64,000 bases of DNA from an uncultured Gemmatimonadales bacterium. GTDB taxonomy: Bacteria > Gemmatimonadota > Gemmatimonadetes > Longimicrobiales > Gaopeijiaceae. The first letter of the stretch is position 1. Each line of letters opens with the position of its first letter. The translations under genes were made by a program, and so were the position numbers. The notes beneath the pieces are model-generated. The model was not told the origin of the DNA. It did no database searches and worked only from the letters and a program-made list of their open reading frames with translations. Shown one piece after another: positions 1 through 9,934 of this stretch. The DNA is taken from positions 192,001 through 256,000 of the forward strand of contig CAWGKG010000018.1 in NCBI GenBank assembly GCA_963823035.1, in the 5' to 3' direction.

Positions 1-513
1 CGCGAGGTCGACATCATCCGGCGCACGGCGGGGCTGCACGATGTCGGGAAGATCGGCGTTCCGGACGCCATCCTGAACAAGGTGGGGCGCCTCACCCCGA
101 CCGAATTCGAGATCATGAAGACGCACACGACCATCGGCGCGCAGATCCTGGGCGGGAGCGCGTACCGGCTGCTCGAGGTCGCGCGCGGCATCGCGCTTTG
201 CCACCACGAGCGTTGGGACGGCCTCGGCTACCCGCACGGACGCGTCGGGCGGGACATCCCGTTGGAGGCCCGGATCGTCTCGGTCGCGGACACCTTCGAC
301 ACGATCGCGCACCACCGGCCCTACAAGCCGGCGCTCACCCCGGCCGAGGCGCTCGCCGAGATCCTCCGCTGTCGCGGGAAGCACTACGACCCGGACGTGG
401 TGGACGCTTTCGCGAAGATCACCGAGCGCGTGGGCATGGACAACATCCACGGGCTCGCGGATCCCCTGAACCCCTTGCGGGATACCATGGGTCCGACAGC
501 CCTGAGCTCCTGA
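1..513 (+). CDS. HD-GYP domain phosphodiesterase, C-terminal part (runs off window start)
   Basis: Frame 1 is open from base 1 and reads LHDVGKIG ... HHERWDGLGYP ... ARIVSVADTFD ... RPYK, the HD-GYP motifs. Confidence 0.9.
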   Translation, partial: REVDIIRRTAGLHDVGKIGVPDAILNKVGRLTPTEFEIMKTHTTIGAQILGGSAYRLLEVARGIALCHHERWDGLGYPHGRVGRDIPLEARIVSVADTFDTIAHHRPYKPALTPAEALAEILRCRGKHYDPDVVDAFAKITERVGMDNIHGLADPLNPLRDTMGPTALSS

Positions 514-557
514 ACGAGCCGCCCCGGCGAGCCCGACGGGACCGGCCCGGAGAACGG

Positions 558-932
558 ATGATCCGCAGCAGACCCCCCTCCCCCGCCAGGTACCTCCTCG
601 CGTTCCTCGTCGTTCTCGTGGTGGCGCTCGGACCCGTGGCGTGCCGCACGAGTCCGGCCGAGGCGCCCGCGACCTCCGACCTCGCCCGCGACAGGTTCAT
701 CGCCACGTACGTCGAACTGAGGTCCGTGGCGGTCCGCGAGGACCGGAGCCTGATGGACGCGGAGCGCCGTCGCCAGATCCTCGAGGAGCACGGCGTGACC
801 GAGGCCGAGCTGCTGGCCTTCGCGGAGGCGCACGGCGAGGACGTCGCCTTCATGAAGAAGGTCTGGGACGACGTGGAGGTGAAGCTCGACTCCCTCCGCC
901 TGACCGAGACCGGCCCGGACATCCCCCGCTGA
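558..932 (+). CDS. Small putative lipoprotein (DUF4296-like helical protein)
   Basis: ATG at 558; hydrophobic signal ending in lipobox-like PVAC; ILEEHGVTEAEL helix pattern. Confidence 0.6.
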   Translation: MIRSRPPSPARYLLAFLVVLVVALGPVACRTSPAEAPATSDLARDRFIATYVELRSVAVREDRSLMDAERRRQILEEHGVTEAELLAFAEAHGEDVAFMKKVWDDVEVKLDSLRLTETGPDIPR

Positions 933-2122
933 GCGCGCTGCCCCGCGTCCACCTCGCGCCCGGACGTGAGGGACCCCCGGCGGGAGGCCATCCCTGGCTC
1001 TTCTCGGGCTCCATCCGCCGCGTCGAAGGCGACCCGGCGGACGGCGCCGAGGTGGACGTCGTCGATGCGGAGGGCTCGTTCGTGGCGCGCGGCCTCTACA
1101 ATGGCCTCAGCCAGATCCGCGTCCGCCTCTACACGCGCGAGCCGGTCCCGCTCGACGACGACTTCTTCGCCCGGCGCATCAGCGCCGCCGTCCGCCTGCG
1201 CACGGACGTGCTGGGGCTGGACGACCCGCAGGGCGCGTGCCGTCTGGTGTTCAGCGAGGGCGACGGCCTCTCGGGACTCACGGTCGACCGCTACGGACCC
1301 TGGCTTTCCGTACAGCTCACGAGCCTCGCGCTCGCGCGCCGCCGGGACGCTCTCCTCTCCGCGCTCGATGCGGCCGTATCCCCGGCCGGCGTGATGCTGC
1401 GCACGGAGAAGGGCATCCTCGAGGAGGAGGGCCTCCAGCTGAGGGACGGTCCGCTCGCCGGCACGCTGCCCGACGCGCCGATCGAGGTCGTGGACGGCGG
1501 GCTCCGCTTCGGCGTCGATCTGCGCACCGGGCACAAGACCGGCTTCTACCTCGATCAACGTGAGAACCGCCTTCGCGCCGCGGCCTACGCGCCGGGGCGG
1601 ACGGTCGCCGACGTCTTCTGCTACTCCGGCGGCTTCGCCGTCGCGACGGCGGCGCACGGGGCGGCCCACGTGACGGCGGTCGACTCCTCCGCGCCGGCCC
1701 TCGCGCTGGCCGCCGCCAACGCCGAGCGAAACGGGGTGGCCGACCGCGTGGAGGCCTCACGCGCCGACGCCTTCGGCTGGCTGGAGGCGCAGGGCCGGGA
1801 GGGACGACGCTACGGGATGGTGGTGCTGGACCCGCCCCGCTTCGCCCGCACGACTCGAGGTGTGCGCTCCGCGCTGCAGGCGTACGAGCGCCTGAATGGG
1901 CTCGCGCTGGACGTCCTGGAGCCCGACGGCATCCTGGTGACGTGCTCTTGTTCGGGGCGGGTGTCGGCGGACGCCTTCATCGGTGCGGTCGGACGCGCCT
2001 CGGCCGCGCGTGGGCGACCTGTGCAGCTCCTCGAGGTGCGTGGCCAGGCGCCCGACCACCCGGTCGCGGCGACCTGCCCGGAATCCGCCTACCTCAAGTG
2101 CCTGATCTGCCGCATCGCCTGA
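929..2122 (+). CDS. rlmI: PUA-domain class I SAM-dependent rRNA methyltransferase, RlmI/YccW family
   Basis: GHPWLFSG, SEGDGLSGLTVDRY, GHKTGFYLDQRENR, DVFCYSGGF, VVLDPPRF, TCSCS, YLK motifs. Start is uncertain; an in-frame CTG at 929 overlaps the upstream stop. Confidence 0.85.
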   Translation: MSALPRVHLAPGREGPPAGGHPWLFSGSIRRVEGDPADGAEVDVVDAEGSFVARGLYNGLSQIRVRLYTREPVPLDDDFFARRISAAVRLRTDVLGLDDPQGACRLVFSEGDGLSGLTVDRYGPWLSVQLTSLALARRRDALLSALDAAVSPAGVMLRTEKGILEEEGLQLRDGPLAGTLPDAPIEVVDGGLRFGVDLRTGHKTGFYLDQRENRLRAAAYAPGRTVADVFCYSGGFAVATAAHGAAHVTAVDSSAPALALAAANAERNGVADRVEASRADAFGWLEAQGREGRRYGMVVLDPPRFARTTRGVRSALQAYERLNGLALDVLEPDGILVTCSCSGRVSADAFIGAVGRASAARGRPVQLLEVRGQAPDHPVAATCPESAYLKCLICRIA

Positions 2123-2125
2123 GGC

Positions 2126-2746
2126 TCACTCCCGAGCGCTACCGCTCGGTACGCGGATGCCGACGGCGTAGGCGTCCCGCCCTCCGATCGAGGCGCCGAA
2201 CCGGGCCACCCACCCCGCGACCAGCCTGAGGTCCAGGCCGAGGTCCAGGACCCCGTCCACCCTGGCGTGGTCACCCTCCGCGCTCGAGAGGTCGAAGACG
2301 ACGTGCACCCCCGCGTAGGGGGAGAACGCCGTGCCGTCTCCGAGCCCGGTCCACCCGGCGACCACGCCGAGGGGGAGCGACACCGTCACGTCGTTCCCGG
2401 CGCCGAGCCCGGCCCCGCCCCAAGCCACCAGGCGCACCGCGGACTGCCCGACGGTGCTGGCCAGCGTGCGCGACACGTCGATGCCGGCGAAGCCCTCCAA
2501 CTCGTCGCGGAGCCCCTGCGCGAGGGCCCCCCGGTAGCCGAAGCTCCAGACGGGCCCCGGGGCTCGCCACTGCCCGAGGGCGCCCAGCCGGTCGCCCGGC
2601 CAGGGGTCCACGAGGAACACGCTGAGGCCCGCCGGCGCGTGGGGACCCAGGAGGGAGGGCGCCTCCCAGGCGAGCTGCCCCGAGAGGGGACGCGCGGCCA
2701 GGGTGGCGAGAACGAGCAGCAGCGTGGTGGCGACTCGGCGGCTCAA
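2126..2746 (-). CDS. Secreted putative outer-membrane beta-barrel protein (paralog 2)
   Basis: TTG at 2746 after GGAGGT; signal peptide; alternating Gly/hydrophobic strands; aligns with 2802..3419. Confidence 0.65.
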   Translation of the reverse strand: MSRRVATTLLLVLATLAARPLSGQLAWEAPSLLGPHAPAGLSVFLVDPWPGDRLGALGQWRAPGPVWSFGYRGALAQGLRDELEGFAGIDVSRTLASTVGQSAVRLVAWGGAGLGAGNDVTVSLPLGVVAGWTGLGDGTAFSPYAGVHVVFDLSSAEGDHARVDGVLDLGLDLRLVAGWVARFGASIGGRDAYAVGIRVPSGSARE

Positions 2747-2801
2747 GGCGACCTCCGGGGTGCGGGCGGCGTGTGCGTCGGTCGGGGGCTGGGCGCTTCC
2801 G

Positions 2802-3419
2802 TCAGCGTCCCGTCGGGACGCGGAATCCGATTCCCAGGGACTCGCGCCCGCCGAGCGCGGCGCCGAAGCGACCGACCCAGCCCGAGGGGAACGCGATGTC
2901 GAGACCGAGATCGAAGACGCCCTCCAGGTCGAGGTTGTCGTCGCCGCGGTCGTTCCCCACGTCTTCGCGAGCGTCGAGCACCACGTGGGCGCCCACGTAG
3001 GGAATGAAGGCCACCGATTCGTCCTCGAACGTCCAGCCGAACACGAGCCCGAGCGGGAACGAGGCTCCGAACCGGTCGCCGATGCCGACCCCCGCTCCCG
3101 TCCACCACAGGGCCGTGGGTCCGTTCGTCCCACCGAGCCCGGGCAGGGAGCCCGAGACGTCGATGCCGAAGAGGGCGGCCAGGTCGTGGCCGGCGTCGGC
3201 GAGGCCCGCCCGGAACCCCAACCCGACGGGTGCGGCGGCGCGGCGCCACAGGGCGACGAACGCGAGCCCGTCGCCGGGATCGGAGTCGGTGAGCGCCAGG
3301 GTGAGCCCCGGAGGCGATCCGGCGTGCATGAACGAGGGCGCGTCCCACACCGCCTGAGCCGAAGCTCGGGCGGGCGCGAGGAGCGCGAGGGTCAGCGTGA
3401 GCGCGAAGGCGCGTCTCAT
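2802..3419 (-). CDS. Secreted putative outer-membrane beta-barrel protein (paralog 1)
   Basis: ATG at 3419 with GGAGAG RBS; signal peptide [22 protein letters not shown]; beta-strand pattern. Confidence 0.7.
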   Translation of the reverse strand: MRRAFALTLTLALLAPARASAQAVWDAPSFMHAGSPPGLTLALTDSDPGDGLAFVALWRRAAAPVGLGFRAGLADAGHDLAALFGIDVSGSLPGLGGTNGPTALWWTGAGVGIGDRFGASFPLGLVFGWTFEDESVAFIPYVGAHVVLDAREDVGNDRGDDNLDLEGVFDLGLDIAFPSGWVGRFGAALGGRESLGIGFRVPTGR

Positions 3420-3547
3420 GGATCTCTCCGTTCGGGCGGGCTCGGTGCTCTTTGGACGCACCGCTCCACGCCGTGGTTGCAGCGAGGCGGGCGGAGGGAC
3501 AAGATCCCGTCCGCAGGTTGGACGAACCGGACTTGGGGAGAATGCAA

Positions 3548-3946
3548 ATGGCGTTCCAACGCGCCTTCAGCGGCGCTCCTTGGGAGGCGCAGGTCGGCTA
3601 CTGCCGGGCTCTTCGGGCCGGAGACCGCGTCTTCGTGACCGGCACGGCGCCGGTGGCCGAAGGGGGCGGCGTCCACGCGCCCGGAGACGCCTACCAACAG
3701 GCCCGACGCTGCTTCGAGATCATGGCGCGCGCGCTCGGCGACCTCGGTGCCGGTGTGGAGCACGTGGTCCGCACGCGGATGTTCGTGACCGATATCTCCC
3801 GCTGGGCCGAGTACGGCCGCGCGCACGCCGAGACGTTCGGCGATCATCCGCCCACCACCACGATGGTCGAGGTGCGGCGCCTGATCGACCCGGAGATGCT
3901 CATCGAGATCGAGGCGGACGCGGTGGTCGAAGAACACGACGCGTGA
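3548..3946 (+). CDS. RidA/YjgF/UK114 family protein
   Basis: [48 protein letters not shown] before ATG 3548. Confidence 0.9.
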   Translation: MAFQRAFSGAPWEAQVGYCRALRAGDRVFVTGTAPVAEGGGVHAPGDAYQQARRCFEIMARALGDLGAGVEHVVRTRMFVTDISRWAEYGRAHAETFGDHPPTTTMVEVRRLIDPEMLIEIEADAVVEEHDA

Positions 3947-3966
3947 GCGCGCCGCGGCGCGTCCAC

Positions 3967-5518
3967 CTACTCCCACTCGATGGTGGCCGGGGGCTTCGAG
4001 CTGACGTCGTAGGTGACGCGGTTCACGCCCTTCACCTGGTTGATGATGCGCGTGGAGATCCTCGCCAGCACCTCGTACGGGAAGGGATACCAGTCGGCCG
4101 TCATCCCGTCCCGCGACGTGACCGCGCGCAGGGCCAGTACGCTCTCGTACGTGCGGGCATCGCCCATGACGCCAACCGACTGCACGGGCAGCAACACCGC
4201 GAAGGCCTGCCAGATCTCGTCGTACAGCCCCGCCGCCCGGATCTCGTCCAGGTAGATCTCGTCGGCGTCCCGCAGCGTCTCGAGCCTCGCGGGCGTCACG
4301 TCCCCGAGGATGCGGATCGCGAGGCCGGGGCCCGGGAAGGGGTGGCGTCCGACGAACTCCTCGGCGAGGCCCAGCTCCCGGCCTACCTGGCGGACCTCGT
4401 CCTTGAACAGCTCGCGCAGGGGCTCGATCAGCTCGAAGGGCATGTCCTCGGGCAGTCCGCCCACGTTGTGGTGGGTCTTGATCGTCACCGACGGCCCGCC
4501 CGCCGACACGGACTCGATCACGTCCGGATAGAGCGTGCCCTGCACCAGCCAGGAGGCTCCCGTCCCCTCGCGGGCGGCGGTGGCCTCGAACACCTCGATG
4601 AAGGTGTTGCCGATCGCGCGGCGCTTCTGCTCTGGCTCCGTGATCCCTTCCAGGCGCGACAGGAAGAGCTCGGAAGCGTCCTCCACCACCAGGTTCATGC
4701 GGTGGTGCGAGCGGAACATGCGCTCCACCTGCTGGCGTTCGTGCTTCCGCAGCAACCCGTGGTCGACGAAGATGCAGGTGAGGCGGTCGCCGATGGCGCG
4801 ATGCACGAGCACGGCGGCCACCGACGAGTCCACACCGCCCGATAGCCCGCAGATCGCGGTGCCGTCGCCTACCTGCTCGCGGATGCGCGCCACCGCGTCC
4901 TCGATGAACGCGCCCGCGGTCCAGGTCGGTCGAGCGCCGCACACGCGTGAAGAGGAAATTCGACAGGATCTCGTCGCCCCGCCGGGTGTGCGCCACCTCG
5001 GGGTGGAATTGCACGCCCCAGATATCGCGGTCCTCGGCCCGGAAGGCGGCGAGCGGGAGCGACGCCGTGGAGGCCAGAGCCACGTAGCCCTCGGGTGGCT
5101 CGTCGACATGGTCGCCGTGCGAGCACCACACCGTCGTAGGCTCCCCCGGCCGGAAGCCGTCGAAGATCCCCTCCCCCCGCGCCACGTCCAGCTCGGCCCG
5201 GCCGTACTCCCTCCGACCGTGGTGCACCTTCCCGCCCTCCAGGTGGGCGATGAGCTGCATCCCGTAGCAGATGCCGAGGATCGGGATGCCGGAGCGCAGC
5301 AACTCGGGGTCCGTGCTCGGTACGCCGTCGTCGTATACCGACGACGGTCCGCCGGAGAGGATCACGCCCGCGGGGTTCCATGCGCGGATCCAGGCGAGGT
5401 CCCGGGTCGGAGGGTGGATCTCGCAGTAGACGTGCTCCTCGCGGATGCGTCGCGCGATGAGTTGGGTGAACTGGGAGCCGAAGTCGAGGATCAGGATACG
5501 GTCGTGCTCGGGCGTCAT
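3967..5518 (-). CDS. guaA: GMP synthase (glutamine-hydrolysing); one frameshift near 4945, probably a sequence error
   Basis: GATase half ([27 protein letters not shown]) is in one frame; ATPPase half ([39 protein letters not shown]) is in another. Confidence 0.95.
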
Positions 5519-6816
5519 GGTGTCTCTCGGGGGTCGTGCCCGGGGTCGTCCTCGATGTCTTCCTCGCCGCGGACCAGGTCGGCGAACGTCTCGCGCCGCC
5601 GGATCAGCACCGCACGGTCTCCGTCCACCATGCACTCGGCCGGGCGCCGGCGTCCGTTGTAGTTCGAGGCCATCGCGAAGCCGTACGCACCGGCCGTGCG
5701 GACGGCGAGCAGCTCCCCGGGCTCGGGGACGGCGAGCGCGCGATCGCGCGCGAGGAAGTCCCCGGTCTCGCAGATCGGCCCCACCACGTCGACGGACTCG
5801 ACCTCGTGGGGCTGTCGCGTATCCACGCGCTCGATCGCATGATACCCGCCGTAATGGCTCGGACGGATCAGCTCGCTCATGCCGCCGTCGACGATCACGA
5901 ACGTCTTCCCCGCCCGCTTCACGTACTCGACGCGCGTAAGCAGCACGCCCGCCTCCCCGGCGATGGCGCGGCCCGGCTCGAGGACGAGCCGAAGGCCGGC
6001 GGCGCGCACGCGCGGCACCACGTCCCCCGCGAGGTCGGGGACATCGAGCTCGGGGCCGACGTCGTACGCGATGCCGTAGCCGCCCCCGATGTCGAGGTAC
6101 TCGAGGCCGATCCCGGCCGCCGACAGTTCGGCCACCAGCGCGAGGACGCGCTCGAGCGCGCTCAGGTAGGGCGCCGGGTCGACGATCTGCGAGCCGATGT
6201 GCACATCGACGCCCCGCGCTCGGAGATGGGGGCGCCCCGCCGCCCACCGATACAGCTCCGCCGCCTCGCGCAGGGGAATCCCGAACTTGGTGGCGGCGTG
6301 GCCGGTGGCCGTGTACTCGTGCGGCGTCGGCGAGAGCACGTCCGGGTTCACGCGGATCGCGAAGGGCGCCTGCGTCCCCGCCTCGGCGGCCACGTGGTCG
6401 AGGCGGCGCAGCTCACCCGCGCTCTCGACGTTGAACCCGTAGATGCCCACGCGTAGCGCCTCGCGCATCTCGGCGCCCGTCTTTCCCACCCCGGCGAAGA
6501 CGATGTCCCCCGGCGGAACGCCGGCGCGCGTCGCCCGGAAGAGCTCCCCCGCGCTCGTGATGTCCGCCCCGCAGCCCAGCGCCCGCAGACGCCGCAGGAT
6601 CGTCAGGTTGCCGTTCGCCTTGACCGAGTATGCGAGGAGGTGGTCGACGCCGCCGAAGGCGTCCTGGAAGCTCCCGACCCTGCCCTCCATGTGCCGGATG
6701 TCGTAGACGTACAGCGGCGTGCCGTAGCGCCGGGCCAGTTCCGGGAGGGGAACATTCCCGCAGCAGAGCACCCCGTCCACACGGGGGAAGGGTCCGGTCA
6801 ATACGCTCTCGCCCAA
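5515..6816 (-). CDS. lysA: Diaminopimelate decarboxylase
   Basis: [15 protein letters not shown] (PLP Lys), [32 protein letters not shown]. Start is TTG 6816 or TTG 6801. Confidence 0.95.
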   Translation of the reverse strand: MGESVLTGPFPRVDGVLCCGNVPLPELARRYGTPLYVYDIRHMEGRVGSFQDAFGGVDHLLAYSVKANGNLTILRRLRALGCGADITSAGELFRATRAGVPPGDIVFAGVGKTGAEMREALRVGIYGFNVESAGELRRLDHVAAEAGTQAPFAIRVNPDVLSPTPHEYTATGHAATKFGIPLREAAELYRWAAGRPHLRARGVDVHIGSQIVDPAPYLSALERVLALVAELSAAGIGLEYLDIGGGYGIAYDVGPELDVPDLAGDVVPRVRAAGLRLVLEPGRAIAGEAGVLLTRVEYVKRAGKTFVIVDGGMSELIRPSHYGGYHAIERVDTRQPHEVESVDVVGPICETGDFLARDRALAVPEPGELLAVRTAGAYGFAMASNYNGRRRPAECMVDGDRAVLIRRRETFADLVRGEEDIEDDPGHDPRETP

Positions 6817-8261
6817 ACCACCTCCATCCTGGACGCTCCCTCGCCGGACACGCACTTCTCCGGTGGCGTGGAGGAGCGGAACTCCTCCCGCGGGATCACC
6901 CGGCTGGTCGCCTTCGCCACGTCCTTCATGCTCTGCTCGACGGCCGGGTCACCGCTCCACCCGGTGTAGACGAAGCCGCCGTTCGCGTCCAGGATCTCGT
7001 TCACCTCGCCGATCGACGACGCCCCGCGGTGCGTGTTCTCCTCGCGCCGGCGCGTCGCGCCCGCCAGCAGCTCGGCCTGGAACGCGTCCAGCCGCGCCGG
7101 GAGGCCGGCCACGGCCTCCCCCTCGGCCACGAACTCCTTGCGCTTCGCGCCCTCGGGGGTGAGCCGGCGCACGAGCGCGACCTGCCCCTGCTCGAGGTCC
7201 CTGGGCCCGATCTCGACCCGGAAGGGGACACCCTTCCGCTCCCACTCGTAGTACTTCGAGCCGGGCGAGAGGTGGTCGCGGGTGTCCACGCGAACGCGCA
7301 CCCCCAACTCCTTCAGCCGGGCGCCCACCTCGTCCGCCTTGGCGAGGACGGCGGCCTGGGTGTCGTCGCCGCGCAGGATCGGTACGATCACGACCTGCGT
7401 CGGCGCGAGCCTCGGCGGCACGACGATGCCGGCGTCGTCGCCGTGCGTCATCACCAGCCCGCCCACCAGGCGCGTCGACACGCCCCAGGAGGTGTTCCAG
7501 GCGTACTCCTCCTGCCCCGCCTCCGACTGGAACTTGAGGTCGAACTGCTTCGAGAAGTTCTGCCCCAGGAAGTGCGAGGTGCCGGCCTGGAGGGCCCGGT
7601 TGTCCTGCATGAGGGCCTCGAGCGCGTAGCTGCGCACCGCGCCCGCGAACTTCTCCGACTCGGACTTGAGGCCGGTGATGGGCGGCATGCCCATCCACTC
7701 CTCCATGAAGCGGCGGTAGATGCCGAGGATGAGGAGGGTCTCCTCCTCGGCCTCCTCCGGGCCGGCGTGCGCTGTGTGTCCCTCCTGCCACAGGAACTCC
7801 GAGGTGCGCAGGAAGAGGCGGGTGCGCATCTCCCAACGCATCACGTTCGCCCACTGGTTCATGAGGATCGGGAGGTCGCGGTAGCTCTGCACCCACTTCG
7901 CGTACATCGAGTAGATGATCGTCTCCGACGTGGGCCGGATGACGAGCGGCTCTTCCAGCTCCTTCCCCCCCGCCTCCGTGACGACGGCGAGCTCGGGGGC
8001 GAACCCCTCCACGTGCGCCTTCTCGCGCTCGATGAAGCTCATCGGGATCAGGAGCGGGAAGTACGCGTTCTCGTGTCCCGTCTCCTTGAACATGTCGTCC
8101 AGGGCGCGCTGCATGAGCTCCCAGATGCCGTACCCCCACGGGCGGATCACCATGCAACCGCGCACGGGGGAGTAGTCGGCCAGCTCGGCGCGCTGGACCA
8201 CCTCGTTGTACCAGGCCGCGAAGTCCTCTCCGCGGGGCGTCAGCTTCTTGTCGTCAGACAT
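6798..8261 (-). CDS. proS: Proline--tRNA ligase, archaeal/eukaryote-like type without insertion editing domain
   Basis: RPTSET, QWANVMRWE, FLRTSEFLWQEGHT, QAGTSH, SWGVSTR, C-terminal ARAY. Confidence 0.96.
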   Translation of the reverse strand: MSDDKKLTPRGEDFAAWYNEVVQRAELADYSPVRGCMVIRPWGYGIWELMQRALDDMFKETGHENAYFPLLIPMSFIEREKAHVEGFAPELAVVTEAGGKELEEPLVIRPTSETIIYSMYAKWVQSYRDLPILMNQWANVMRWEMRTRLFLRTSEFLWQEGHTAHAGPEEAEEETLLILGIYRRFMEEWMGMPPITGLKSESEKFAGAVRSYALEALMQDNRALQAGTSHFLGQNFSKQFDLKFQSEAGQEEYAWNTSWGVSTRLVGGLVMTHGDDAGIVVPPRLAPTQVVIVPILRGDDTQAAVLAKADEVGARLKELGVRVRVDTRDHLSPGSKYYEWERKGVPFRVEIGPRDLEQGQVALVRRLTPEGAKRKEFVAEGEAVAGLPARLDAFQAELLAGATRRREENTHRGASSIGEVNEILDANGGFVYTGWSGDPAVEQSMKDVAKATSRVIPREEFRSSTPPEKCVSGEGASRMEVVWARAY

Positions 8262-8571
8262 CGGGCTCCTGTGCTTCCCTTTCCCGTTCTTTCATCTTCG
8301 TGCGCCACGCGCGCTCCTCACGCCTCACGCCCCGCAGGGCGAGTCCTCCCGGGACCACGAACAGGAGGACCGCCGCCAGCATCCAGGTGGCCCGGAACGA
8401 GAGCACCCACATCTCGTGCACGAGCAGCGCCACCAGGGCGCCTCCCACCACGGCGGCACCTACCGCGACCGCGAGGATCACCCACTCGAGGTAGTCCAAC
8501 CTGCGGGCCGCCCGCGCCGCGAACTCGCGCGTCCGCCGGGCGGTCTCCTCGTCGAAACGATGGCTGCTCAC
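8254..8571 (-). CDS. Hypothetical two-TM membrane protein
   Basis: Two hydrophobic segments; overlaps the hisS stop and the proS start. Confidence 0.65.
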   Translation of the reverse strand: MSSHRFDEETARRTREFAARAARRLDYLEWVILAVAVGAAVVGGALVALLVHEMWVLSFRATWMLAAVLLFVVPGGLALRGVRREERAWRTKMKEREREAQEPDV

Positions 8572-9848
8572 GGCAACTCGTCCAGGGGCACTTCCCTTTC
8601 CTCACCGCTCGCCATCTCCCGCAAGACGGCCACCCCCTTCGCGGCCTCCTCGGGCCCGAGCACGAGGACGCGATGTGCCCCCTCGGTCTCGGCCGCCTTG
8701 AACTGCTTGCGTACGGACTGCTCGCGCAGTGCGTACAGGACCGTCCGGCCCCGCTCGCGCAACTCGTGCGCCACCCCGAGCGCGCGTTGGCGCTGTTCCT
8801 CGCCGATCACGACCAGGAAGTAGTCGACTTCCCGGCGGTACGCGGGCGCCAGGCCACGCTCGGCGAGCAGCTCGCCGAGCACCACGTCGCCCATCCCGAA
8901 GCCCACGGCCGGGAGGGGCTCGCCGCCCACCAGCTCGAGGAGCCGATCGTAGCGGCCGCCTCCGCAGATGGCACGCAACGCCCCCTGGCGGTCGAAGAGC
9001 TCGAAGACGATGCCCGTGTAGTACGCGAGTCCGCGGACGATCGCGAGGTCCACCTCGACGAAGTCCCCGAGCCCCATGGCCTGGAGCGCCGCCAGGTAGG
9101 CGCGCAGTGGTTCGATCGCCTCCGCGACTTCGGGGCGGCTCCCGAATCTGGTCGCCACGGCGCTCAGCCCCGGATCGGCGAAGAGAGCCATGACACGCGC
9201 CACGTCGTCCGCGCGCACCCCCGCCTCCGCGAGCCTGGACCGGGTGCGCTCGGGAGGCTCGCGCTCGACCTTGTCGATCGCCCCGAACGCTGACGCCATC
9301 CCTTCCGGCGCCACACCGCAGGAGGTCAGCACGGCCGACAGGAGCCGTCGGTCGGATACGCGCGCCCGGAAGTCGGCTGCCGTCAGACCGAGCTCGCGGA
9401 GGGCGTCGATCGCCACGGCCAACACCTCGGCGTCCGCGGAGACACCCTCCTCGCCCACGATGTCCACGTTCCACTGGAAGTGCTCGCGCAGACGGCCACG
9501 CTGCTGACGCTCATAGCGGAAGAGCTGTGGCAGGGTGAACCAACGGATCGGCTTGGGCATCGCACGGCTGCGCTCACCCAGGACCCGCGCGAGCGTCGGG
9601 GTCATCTCCGGCCGGAGCGTGACCTCGCGCTCTCCCTTGTCCGTGAAGTTGTAGAGCTGCCCGACGATCTCCGCGCCGCTCTTCTCCACGTACAGCTCCA
9701 AGGGCTCGAGCGGAGGCCCGTCGTATTCCAGAAAGCCGTAGCGCCGGGAAACCCGGCGCCACGCATCGAAGACGTGCGAGCGGAGCGCGAGCTCCTCCGG
9801 TGGGAAGTCCCTGAACCCGGGAAGCCGTTGGAAGGCGGAAGTGGCCAT
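8568..9848 (-). CDS. hisS: Histidine--tRNA ligase
   Basis: GFRDF, LRPEMT, FRYERQQRGRLREHFQ, IVRGLAYYTG, GGGRYD. Confidence 0.96.
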   Translation of the reverse strand: MATSAFQRLPGFRDFPPEELALRSHVFDAWRRVSRRYGFLEYDGPPLEPLELYVEKSGAEIVGQLYNFTDKGEREVTLRPEMTPTLARVLGERSRAMPKPIRWFTLPQLFRYERQQRGRLREHFQWNVDIVGEEGVSADAEVLAVAIDALRELGLTAADFRARVSDRRLLSAVLTSCGVAPEGMASAFGAIDKVEREPPERTRSRLAEAGVRADDVARVMALFADPGLSAVATRFGSRPEVAEAIEPLRAYLAALQAMGLGDFVEVDLAIVRGLAYYTGIVFELFDRQGALRAICGGGRYDRLLELVGGEPLPAVGFGMGDVVLGELLAERGLAPAYRREVDYFLVVIGEEQRQRALGVAHELRERGRTVLYALREQSVRKQFKAAETEGAHRVLVLGPEEAAKGVAVLREMASGEEREVPLDELP

Positions 9849-9934
9849 TGGACGCGGAATCTGGGCATCTTTGCACGAATGCGGTAGGCCTCGCGGCCGC
9901 CGCGTCCGGGGCATCTGCGGAGGGGCCGGCAGGG

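Noticed and set aside
3416..6247. 943-aa ORF containing the GuaA glutaminase domain; guaA as two separate subunits
   Set aside because: Flanks are off-frame readthrough. The second half has no independent start, and a single indel restores a normal GuaA.
6630..9293. Many long antisense or alternative-frame ORFs (for example 6630..9293, 13489..15375, 31638..33731, 37274..39334, 39307..41316)
   Set aside because: Shadow ORFs expected at very high GC. They are Arg/Pro/Gly/Ala-rich, have no motifs, and overlap well-supported genes.
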